From Reclinomonas americana ATCC 50394 (lineage: Eukaryota), in NCBI GenBank assembly GCA_048213135.1, contig PS015333.1:1-38365 (forward strand): a stretch of 38,365 nucleotides of DNA, given 5' to 3'. Position numbers and translations under genes: made by a program. Below, piece after piece: positions 26,329 to 35,983 of this stretch. Under the pieces are notes generated by a model, which was not told the origin of the DNA, made no database searches, and saw only the letters and a program-made list of their open reading frames with translations. Each line of letters opens with the position of its first letter. Positions within the stretch are counted from its first letter, which is position 1.

Positions 26329-28014
26329 NNNNNNNNNNNNNNNNNNNNNNNNNNNNNNNNNNNNNNNNNNNNNNNNNNNNNNNNNNNNNNNNNNNNNNNN
26401 NNNNNNNNNNNNNNNNNAACAGACGGCCACCCTTCTCTTCTACCCGAGTGTGACACTGTTGACGCTGAGCCGCATTGTCAAGTACTGGTTTCCGCGCTTC
26501 TTCCAGGGTCGGTGTCCCTTCTACGTTGACGGCCTGGGTGAACTTGGGATGCGGTTGGTGTCGCCGGCCATGTATGTGTTCTTCCTGTGGTTCACGTACG
26601 GCTTGCACCGCTTCTCCGCTTGGTTGATGCTGCGGCGAAATTGGTGGGGTGATGCCAGAGTGACCCCTCGCGGTCACGCATTCGCTTCGTGGGTATATCG
26701 GCGGGCCAGCATCGATCGGTGCGCACTTGCATGCAGGTCGTTTGTTTACGAAAAACTTGTGGGTTCTGACGACGAATGTGCTTGCCGCCGCAGGTACATT
26801 GTGTCGACTGTGGTCCTCGGAATCGGCGTGTACGAAGGCATCGTCGAGACGGCAGTCACGTTTTTCACGTGCACGCAAGTTGGCTCCGAGCGAGTACTCC
26901 TCTTTGTGCCGAGTGTGCGCTGTGATGCGCAGTTGCGTTCTTTGTCATTCGTGCACGCACGTTCCGCTCCGCAATCACACCGCGCGTCGCACGCAGTTGG
27001 GCGTCGCTGAGACCACTCTTCGGAGCCTTCCTCGTCATTGCTCTCCTAATCCCGGTGCTGATTATCGTCTGGACTCTCTGGTTACGCCGCAGCAAGCGAC
27101 TCGAGGATGAACGAGTTGCGGGGGGATGTCGGAATGGAGAGTTGCCATGTGTTTGCTTGTCTCTGATCTCCGTGTGCGTGTGCCAGACTCGCCTTCGCTT
27201 TGGCGTGCTCTACAACTTTTACCGCCGCGTGAGTATCTCGCCGAGCGTTGTCGTGATTGATCGTCTGTCTCTTACGGTGTATGTGACTATGCAGCCATAC
27301 GTGTGGTATCAGGGATACCAGCTCATCCGTCGACTCGTCGTCATTGGCGTGCTGTTCCCACTCGCCGCCAGTGGCCAGTTGGATATCATCCCGGTCGCGT
27401 TGTGGGCCGTTTGCATGGTACCGCCCATCGTTTGCACCACTCACGTAGTATTTGTTTTGTTGATAAGTTACGTGCGGTGCAGGCATTCCTCGCCATCCAC
27501 CTGCGCCTGCAAGCGTACGCTCTGTCGCGTAACAACAAACTGGAGGTTGCGTTTTTTTCGTGTTCTTACAAGTACGACAGTTGATCAGTGATCTCTTGTC
27601 TCTCTAACATGCGTGAGCGGGCTGCAGACGGTTGGCCTGGTCACGTTGACCATCATTGCAGTGCTGTTTTCGAATCGTCTCTCGACAGACTTTCAGCGAA
27701 TCGCCGCCCTCTGCGTTCTCTCCATTGGCTCCTTCATCGTGGCACTGCCGATCGTCTTCAAGTGGATGAACACCGTCCGTCGCATCTACGACATTGTGAG
27801 GGGACGGATTCAGCGCCGACGCAGTGCAGCGGCTGCCGCGGTGGCTGCGACTGCCGACGACCAGGAACCGACGGGCGTGTTGCTGTCAAAGTCTATGTCA
27901 ACGGGACTGTCCACGCCTCTGCTTGACGGCCAGTCGGACTCGACGGACCATGAGGCTTCGTCAACGGCGCCGCCAGATACAGAGCTAGAGATGAACCCTA
28001 TCGTCCCCAGATGA
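17050..28014 (+). CDS. Large surface protein: signal peptide, Pmp-like (GGA[ILV]/FxxN) right-handed beta-helix repeats, Cys-rich (GCC2/GCC3/ephrin-receptor-like) stalk, C-terminal multi-pass membrane domain; about 45 exons
   Basis: Signal-like LLLILSALLCVMGGVLA. Dozens of GGA(V/L/I/M) and S/TxFxxN repeats. Cys-rich CPIGEE...CQACPRGEFS...C|PCPLGMTCYGG...CPYDFC...PLCGTCVSGY. TM region with the RLRFGVLYNFYRR|PYVWYQGYQLIRRLVVI motif typical of protist TRP-like/'7TM' tails. TGA at 28012-28014. Start inferred (MHAQ|KAV..). Confidence 0.88.
24911..24958. repeat. (CA)n microsatellite in an intron
   Basis: Direct observation. Confidence 0.95.
26234..26328. repeat. (TC)n(TG)n microsatellite in an intron, running into an N gap
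   Basis: Direct observation. Confidence 0.95.
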
Positions 28015-28050
28015 TTAATAGATAAAGACATGTGTGGTACTTTTTTCATT

Positions 28051-30867
28051 TCATTCGGTCGCCCCGGAAACAGCAGCGGCGGCGGCGGCAGCAGCAGCGG
28101 CAGCAGCTTCGCGCTCGCGCAACATTCGCTCAATGTCGGCAGCTAGTGCACTATTCGGTCCGAAGCGCTTCTTGTTTCGAGCGACCTCCAGAGGCTTGAG
28201 GTTTTTGTGGTCGCGAGCCTGCATCATCTCCGGGAATCGCATAGCCAGCAAAATAATAATTGCCTGCGCAAGCATAGGGTTCGTCACGCACATGAATCAA
28301 ACAACGCACGCGGGACTCGCAGCAGCACACCTCAGTGTTCCGTCGCGACACAAAAACGGCCGAGTGCAGCACCGTGTACTTCCAGTCGCGAGTGACTGAG
28401 CGGAGCACAGACTCAGGTACCAGATCACTAGTCAGGAACAAGCTGAGGACAGCATAGTTGCCGGAGGCAGCGGCCTTGTGCACACTGAGCAACATTGGTG
28501 ACCAACGTGAGCACCGGCAGAGGGCGTTGTTGGCACATGAGAGGATGACACGCAACGCCGAGGCTCCTTTGTTGTCAAACACTTCGATAAGCGGCACTTC
28601 GTAGCGTCTTTCCAACAGCCACTGTGCCAGTTCCACCGAGCCTCTCGCCGAGGCGGCCCAGTGCAAAAGTGTGTGCCCGTCGGTATCGCGGGCGTCCCGC
28701 ACGCACAGCTCGCCAAACTTGTCCACCATGGCTTGCATGAAGTGCGCTTTGCAGCGACAGCTGGCAACAATCAGCAAGTGCTCCAAGTCTGTAACCTCGG
28801 CGCGGTACTCTGCGCAATGCGGCTCTCGCTCCATCTCCTCGCGGAGGAACAACATCATGCGCGGGTGTCCCACTGGCGAACAACGTCGGTGAGGAATGCA
28901 CTGCCGCAAACACACACCACCACCAATAACAGCTGTGCTCACGAAACTACTGGCGGCCCACTCGATCGGATACGTCGGCTGCGGTCCGTAAGCAATGTCG
29001 AAATGCGACGCGCCGCCCTGCAGACTTCGCGACCACAGCAGACTGGGGGCAATTTGGAGGAGGCGTTCCGCCGTCTGCAGATTGCCTTCGGACTCCCAGC
29101 TGACACATACGTGAAATCCATTGCGGTTGTACGTGTCACTGGTTTGCTAAACGCCATGAGAAAATACGAAATCACATTGCGCAAAATGGCAGTGCAAGGC
29201 TTGCACGCACGGTTGATTCAGTGCATGCATGAAGTCATCGTGTCCGTAGACGGTGTACAGCATGTTGACCATCTCCAAGCGACCTGTGCAGCGGCGACCA
29301 AAGGAGCACAACATTCGCGCTTCAGCAAACAGCAGCAGTCAAAGTTCACCAGCAGCAAGAGGTACACGCACCCCACATCACGGCGACGGCAAGCACATTG
29401 TGGTTCTTGTCGTCAGGCACCAGCAGGAGCGAATGGTCTCTCTCCACCATGAACTGGACCACCGGAACGTGGTTCTGTCGCGCGGCCACGTGGACTGCAG
29501 CAAACAATAAATGTGAGTCCAAGAACGCACGTCTGGCATCTACGAGGAAAGTGGGCACTCAGCTGGCCAGTTTGCCAGCGTAGTTTGCATCGTGCATGTC
29601 CGCCTTGAAGTCGACCAGCTTGCGCACCACATCCACGTGACCACTGACAAGATGGCGCGGTGAGAACAAATGTATGTGGACGAAACAGTCTGGGAAGACG
29701 CAACTTGGCGGCGGCGACATGCAGAGGGGTGTCGCCGCTTTCGCCCAATCGCGCAGTCGTCAAGCGAATTCGATCCGTATCTGACGGCTGCAACGACAGC
29801 AGCTGCTCCACCATGGCACTCTGGCCGGACTGTGACAGCCAGTGCAGCGGAGTGTAGCCCATGGTTCGCGACTCGCACATCTGAAACCCGTGACCAGCCA
29901 GGTGCAACAGTTGGATGAACGGAGCGTTGTCTGCCGGCAGGTGCTGCCACTTGGCGAACGAAGAGGCCACAAGCGGGAAGTGCTCAAGGAAGCTATACAA
30001 CGCATGGAACTCTTCGCGGTCCACTGTGAATAAGTACGGTTGCATCAAAAGGAGGAGTTCGTCGAACTGATCGCGCCAGACATTGACATCGTCTGCCGGA
30101 GCTGTATGATCGAGAACCGGGCGGTAAGACACAGATAATGACAAACAAGCCACTCGGATGCTTCTCGAACCTAGCGCACAGTACTTTGCGTACAATCCGA
30201 GAGGCACCAACAGCTGCTGATACTCGTCTACGATTTTGAGCAAGTCCTCTTTGCAGTGCAGGCGATGTGGCTTCTTCAGCTTCCAAATATCCAGGAGAAG
30301 GCGTGCCTGCAGGAAGTGCGACTTGTGAGTTGCAGATCGAGCTTCGATTGCGTCGCGAGCCACGCACCAACGAGCGCCATGTTTCGCACACTTCGGAGCC
30401 CTGGCTTTCCACACGCGGCATGTGGACGTCCAGTTGTGCGATGTACTGGTACTCAAATCTGTACACATCTCGTGCCTCTGCGACCACGGCGTCAAGCGCC
30501 TCCTTTGTCTGCGCACGACCTCGCGGTGAGCGCCATCGAGTGGCCGGCAGGAAGGCTGGATCTCGTCACGCAACTGAAGGACCCTTTGCTCGCCAGCAAT
30601 CGTGCCACTGCTGTGCAAATTGCAACCACAGAGCCGAGACGATCGTCTGGTTCATCAAACGTCGCTCGCTCTCCTCCAGGTTGCAGTTGAACTTGTGACT
30701 CTTCGGATCGCGAAGCCACTCCGCCAGTGGTGGAACAACGCTCAGTGTCGCGACGCCTTCCGCACTTGCCGTCTGTCCTTTGTCTGTGAGTTACCGTGGA
30801 ACAAATACCGCGGCGTCGCGCTACAAACACACACCGTTTGCGTAGAATACACGAGGAAGCGATCCAT
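28051..30867 (-). CDS. Ankyrin-repeat protein with an uncharacterised helical N-terminal region and a poly-Ala tail
   Basis: Ankyrin motifs GYTPLHWLSQSGQ, GDTPLHVAAAN|GHVDVVRKL, GKLA|IHVAARQNH, GHTLLHWAAS, GASA|VHKAAASGN, KYTVLHSAV. Inferred start MDRFLVYSTQT at 30867. Stop at 28051-28053. Confidence 0.85.
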
Positions 30868-31101
30868 GTGATGGAGACACTCATCCAGACGCAAGGAAGT
30901 CCAAGAGCCTGGTTCACGCAAGCGCAAAACCGCCAAAAGTTCCTTACGGGAGAGCGGCAGCTTGAAGGCCGCATCGTTGCACCACTTTTCGCCAACCGCT
31001 TGACTCCCTGTGCTCCCAGTAAGCAACAGCCAACAAGAGACNNNNNNNNNNNNNNNNNNNNTTTGATGTGTTGTTGCTGCTGTTGACGCCTGTGTTGTGC
31101 A

Positions 31102-34100
31102 GTGGCTGCTGCTGGGCCTTCACCGTGAGCACAGTGCTCTCCACTGGATTGTGCCTGCAGACCAAGGGCCAGGAGCGGCAAGTGATTGCGCCGCAGGACG
31201 TCCTCTCTTGCTCCGGCACACAGTCTGGGTGTGCCGGCTACCACTACTACCACTCGTTCCGCAAGATGAATGACGACGGTCAGATGGTGGTCTTTGATCA
31301 GTGTCACGTGTACACTGCGCGCGACAACACCATGGGCGAGTCGTGCGCTGCGCGCTCGTGCACCAATCCGCGCACGGTGGGCGGCACGCAACTGCGTGTT
31401 CTCAAGGACGCGCTGTCGGCAGACAGTGAGAGGGCGCTTATGGAGGCCGTCGTGTCGTATGGTGCCGTGGCCGCCGAGCTCAACATCTATCCGTCGTTCT
31501 ATCAGTACGCAAGTGGTGCGCAGCGCAGCTTCTTTTGGCCTTGCGTGCTGCTCTTCATCAGCTCATGACGACTATTTTCTGCGCTTTTAGGTGTGTACGA
31601 ACCGCAGTCGTCGGAGAAGATCGAAGGCAGTCATGCCATCGCAGTCATTGGGTGGGGCGTGGAGAAGGACAAGCCGTACTGGTTGCTGGTCAACTCGTGG
31701 GGCACATCGTGGGGCGAGAATGGCTTTGTGCGCATTCTGCGCACGCCCGACGCCATGAACAAGGTAGATTCATGGTCGTGCGTGCACCGTCTCCCACCGT
31801 GGATATGCTCACTTCGTGTGTGCCTCGGTGCAGCTCGGCTTCCAAAACTTCTCGTGGGTCGAGCCCAAGTACACCATGTGCTCCACCCCGTGCGTCAACG
31901 GTGTCCTCGACGCCGCATGCACACAATGCACGTGCCGCGACACATGGACTGGTCCTGCTTGCGACAGTTGCGCACAGGCGCTCCATTGCAATTCGCCATC
32001 TCGTTCTCTGCTGATTGGTCATCCTTCCTTGCACAGCTTGCGGTCTTACGAGCTGCGAAAACGGCGGCGATGTGAACAAGACGACGTGCACNNNNNNNNN
32101 NNNNNNNNNNNCATCGGGATGGCCGACGAAGGGAAGTCGAGTTGAGGCAGCTGGAATATCGGCACATTGCAAGCACCGTTGGCGGAGCCGGAGGTGCTGA
32201 GTGGCATGCTGGCGGCACTCCACGGGCCCGTCGCCGACGCAGTGACTGCACGCACGCGGAAGTACGAGAGTCGACCGGTGGCCAGGCCGGTGATGGTGGC
32301 GCGGTCGACCTTGTGCACGCCGGGGCGCGGTGCCGCGAGGGTGCGCTGCACCGACTGCACAAAGGTGACATCCACCGAAGCCTCCACCTCGTACCGCACA
32401 ATGTCGGCGGCGGCGAGCCCCTCCGGACGCAAGAATGACAGCACAAGGCGCGTAAACGACGGCGGGTTGCACTTGTCAATGTAGGGTGCCCCCGGTGCCG
32501 GTGGCGATGCAATGGCCGCCGACGTCGAGGTGACGGCTGCGTTCGGTTGTGGTGCATGCCGGTGTGTGACAGACTTCAACACGGTTTCGTTGATGTTGCC
32601 ACCCAGATTTGCTCTGCTCGCACCACGAGTCAGCGGGCAATTGGAGTGACGTCTTTTTTTTTCTTGACAACTCACCCGAGCTGCCGGCTGTGATGGTGAC
32701 ATCGGTGCGCAGGTACACCTTGATGCCGCGATCCTGCTGGAACTCGTTCAGCCCCAACCATCGCAGGTACCAGATGGAGTAGCGACCGACACCGAGTGTC
32801 TGATGCGAGTCAGCAAGCAACACCAGCGGCGCCCGTCAGACACAAGAGGGAGAGAGGAACGCAACAGTGAGATCAATCAGAATATCCTGCACGGTGGTGG
32901 TGCACACGTCTTCGCAAGGCACACCGGCCTTGAGCAAGAACTGCCACTGGCCGGCGGCATCGCGCGGAGTCTTGTCATACGGAGTCACCACAATGGCGTC
33001 CTTGTGGTTGCCCTTGAAGCCGTTGATGCGCACAATGAAGTCGCTGCGATGGCACAACTGCACAATGTCGCTGTGGAAGGGGAACAGGCTCTCGGTGCAC
33101 CGGTCGCCAGCGAATCCATTCGGGCAGTTGCACNNNNNNNNNNNNNNNNNNNNNNNNNNNNNNNNNNNNNNNNNNNNNNNNNNNNNNNNNNNNNNNNNNN
33201 NNNNNNNNNNNNNNNNNNNNNNNNNNNNNNNNNNNNNNNNNNNNNNNNNNNNNNNNNNNNNNNNNNNNNNNNNNNNNNNNNNNNNNNNNNNNNNNNNNNN
33301 NNNNNNNNNNNNNNNNNNNNNNNNNNNNNNNNNNNNNNNNNNNNNNNNNNNNNNNNNNNNNNNNNNNNNNNNNNNNNNNNNNNNNNNNNNNNNNNNNNNN
33401 NNNNNNNNNNNNNNNNNNNNNNNNNNNNNNNNNNNNNNNNNNNNNNNNNNNNNNNNNNNNNNNNNNAAACCAGAATTCATCGACACGTGCCCTTCGAACA
33501 AGGGCATGGAGCTGTCATGCTGCACGAGCAACACCTTTTCCAGTTGCGATTGGTGGAGAGCCGCGGTGTGTTTTTAATGCTTTGCTCATTGCGAGCGCTG
33601 CAGATCTCAAGATCGACTTGACGAATCGCACCACCGTGTACACGCGTGGTGTGGAGGGATTCGGTGCAGCATTGGAGCGCATGGCCAACCTGGCGGCGGC
33701 CTGGGTGCACACGATGGTGACGGGTGACGACGCAACGAAGCGTCTGGCCACGGCACACGCCGACGCGCTGGCCACCGTGCAGGCGTTTGTCAAGTCACGC
33801 GGTGCCGACGTCAACCGGTGCTTCACGGCCATCCAGCAGTACCTGTCGGGGTTGGCGTGCCTGGCGTGCCGCTCCGACTGGAGCACCTTCATGTCCACCA
33901 GTGCCACGGGCATGACCACCTTGCGGCTGGCCACGAGCACCTGCGACGCGCTGGAGGCCGGCTGCACCGGTCTGGTCGACAACTACTGGCGCGCTGTGGC
34001 CGGTATCCGTACTATTCTGGACCTGGTGACCGACTCGTCGGTGACTCGACCGTTTGAGGTGCCGGCGGCGTCGCCCTGCGATACTGTTGTCGCGCCGGCT

Positions 34101-34578
34101 GTGACCGCCACCAGTGCCGCCACCGCGACCACCACCACCGTCACCACGCCGACCACGACCACAGCGAGCGCGGTGCAATGCAGGCGTCATGTTTGCGAGA
34201 CTGTGTTCCGCGGTCCGCACGTACGCCTCGCTGCACCCAAGGCGTCATCGCAGAGTGGTGGCACGAGCTCCACCACAGCGGCGGTTCTGGCCGAGGAGAT
34301 GCTGGTGTTGGCCGGTGCCATGGAAGACACGACGGCGGCCACGGTCTCAAACACGTACGGCGGCTCCGGTTTCGATGTGTCGACCTCGGGTGCCTCGGCA
34401 AACCTCGGTTGCGTCGCGACACAATGTCGTCCCTCCCTCCACGGCTTTCGTCTCACTCGCTTTCCACGTCGCAGCTCCGCAACGGACCTCAATGTCGAGC
34501 GGCCACCGTTCGAATGTGTGGTTGGTCGGCGTCTGGCTGGCCACCCTCCTGGTGACCGCCGTGTGCAGTATCATATAA
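31102..34578 (+). CDS. Papain-family (C1A) cysteine protease fused to 2 EGF-like domains, a beta-sandwich, FN3, a folate-receptor-like Cys-rich domain and a GPI-anchor signal. The N-terminus is missing in a gap and segment 32112-33133 is inverted in the scaffold.
   Basis: Catalytic motifs GCCWAF, GSHAIAVIGWG and YWLLVNSWGTSWGENGFVRI. EGF CVNG...CTCRDTWTGPAC and CENGG...CT/CNCPNGFAGDRC. FN3 ATITGLATGRLSYFRVRAV...GPWS (read on the minus strand of the flipped piece). Cys-rich TCPS...SCCT...RCFTAIQQYLSGLACLAC...LRLATSTCDALEAGC. Hydrophobic C-terminus VWLVGVWLATLLVTAVCSII* ends at 34578. Confidence 0.8.
32112..33133 (-). other. Contig segment between two N gaps in inverted orientation relative to its host gene
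   Basis: Reverse-complementing it joins in frame with no missing bases at both ends: ...ACG TGC AC|G TGC AAC TGC and ...ATC CCG ATG|AAA CCA GAA. Confidence 0.88.
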
Positions 34579-34616
34579 ACATAATGCAAGTAATGAAAAC
34601 GAAGCAGATGGGATGC

Positions 34617-35829
34617 TCATTTACTGCTGGCGTCGGCAAAGAAGGCAATCTCGGCGGCCACCGGCACATGGTCGCTGCCGTGTTGCGCATTGGGAATGCC
34701 ACCACCCTCGGCTCGCAGGCTGGCGGCACTGTCGACCTGCAACACGCGCACCACGCGCGTGCCACGCGCATCGCAGAACACGTGATCAATGGCCGAGCAG
34801 CGCCGCGGCGTCACCGTGGTGTGTGTCGGCGGGGGCGTGTACACACTACGCAGACGGCCAGCACCGCCCAGGAACTCCTCACACACGTACTGCACGACGC
34901 GACTGCGTGGCTCGTTATTAAAGTCGCCACTCAGCACCACGCGCACCGCACCCGACGGCCACCCAAACTGCTTCTCCCACTCGCCGAGACGCTCACGCAC
35001 GTGCGCGTCGAGTTGTCGCAGCTCGGCCAGCTGCTCTTCCTCTTTCCGCGGATCCCAATACAGATGCGTGCACACAACGAGAATGGGTGGCGGCGGCGTG
35101 GATGTGGCACCGGTGCCAGCACGCGGCTGCAGCAAGGCCAGAGCGGCCACACGATCGTGCTTATCGTCAAAGTCTACGGCGTCGGCGGCCAGCAACTCAA
35201 ACTTGTCGGTGCGGAAAAACACCCCACATCCATCCTGCTTGTTGCGCCCACTCCACGACGAGTAGTGCACCGATGGTCGCCGTACATACACTGTAGCAAG
35301 GAGAACATGAGAGGCAGCAGCAAAAGCAGAAGCAGAAGCAGAAGCAGAAGCAGGCTGACCGCTGTCGAAACCGGCACTGGCGAGGTGTGGCTTGAAGAAC
35401 GTCCAGTAGTCAGTGAGCTCCTCCAGGCACCACACATCGGCATCGATGGCCAGCATGCGCGACAGGAGCACCCACTTGCGCGACGACCACTCCAAGTGCT
35501 AGCACGACGACGACGACGATCAACAAAATTGTGTCAAGCATCCTCACACGCACGCATTTTACCTCACGCGCGACATAGCCAAAGTGCTCCGGGAGACCGA
35601 GGTTCGAGCCCAGAATGTTGTACTGGCCCACCACGCACGAGAAGGACGGTGCATTCGTGGCCGAGACACCATCATTATCATCAGCAGCCGCGACTGTTGT
35701 CCATTGCACAGAAGGTTGCCGCGGCAATGGCGACTGCGACTGCTGCTGCTGCTGCTGCTGCTGTGAAGAGTGCAACCAGCGGCGCCCAAGGATACTGCGC
35801 ACAGGCGGCGATCTAATCGCCCGCCACAT
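34617..35829 (-). CDS. Endonuclease/exonuclease/phosphatase (EEP) family, CCR4/nocturnin/PDE12/Angel-like, with a probable mitochondrial presequence
   Basis: Motifs QYNILG, DADVWCLEE, DGCGVFFR, CTHLYWDP, SGDFN, IDHVF and GSDHVP. N-terminus MWRAIRSPPVRSILGRRWLHSS is Arg-rich and lacks acidic residues. Two GT-AG introns. Stop at 34617-34619. Confidence 0.88.
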
Positions 35830-35983
35830 GTACAACATCGTCGAAGTCGATCCGAAATTTCGTAGCATTTCACATCTTTTCGCGCGTGAGGGAGAACAGA
35901 CAACTTGCCTCTTTCTGTGTTGTCAGAGAGCGTGCACAAAAGCATCGGAGAGAGAGAGAGAAGAGTGCAACATTTGACGAAGA

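Noticed and set aside
32086-33133. Recombinase-driven invertible DNA switch with terminal inverted repeats
   Set aside because: Only a ~5-bp GTGCA match at the ends, no recombinase nearby, and both breakpoints coincide with assembly gaps. Mis-scaffolding is more parsimonious.
33582-35816. 744-aa + strand ORF as a single protein
   Set aside because: Only 33604-34407 is a real exon. The rest reads through an intron and then along the antisense of the EEP gene, a GC-rich shadow ORF.
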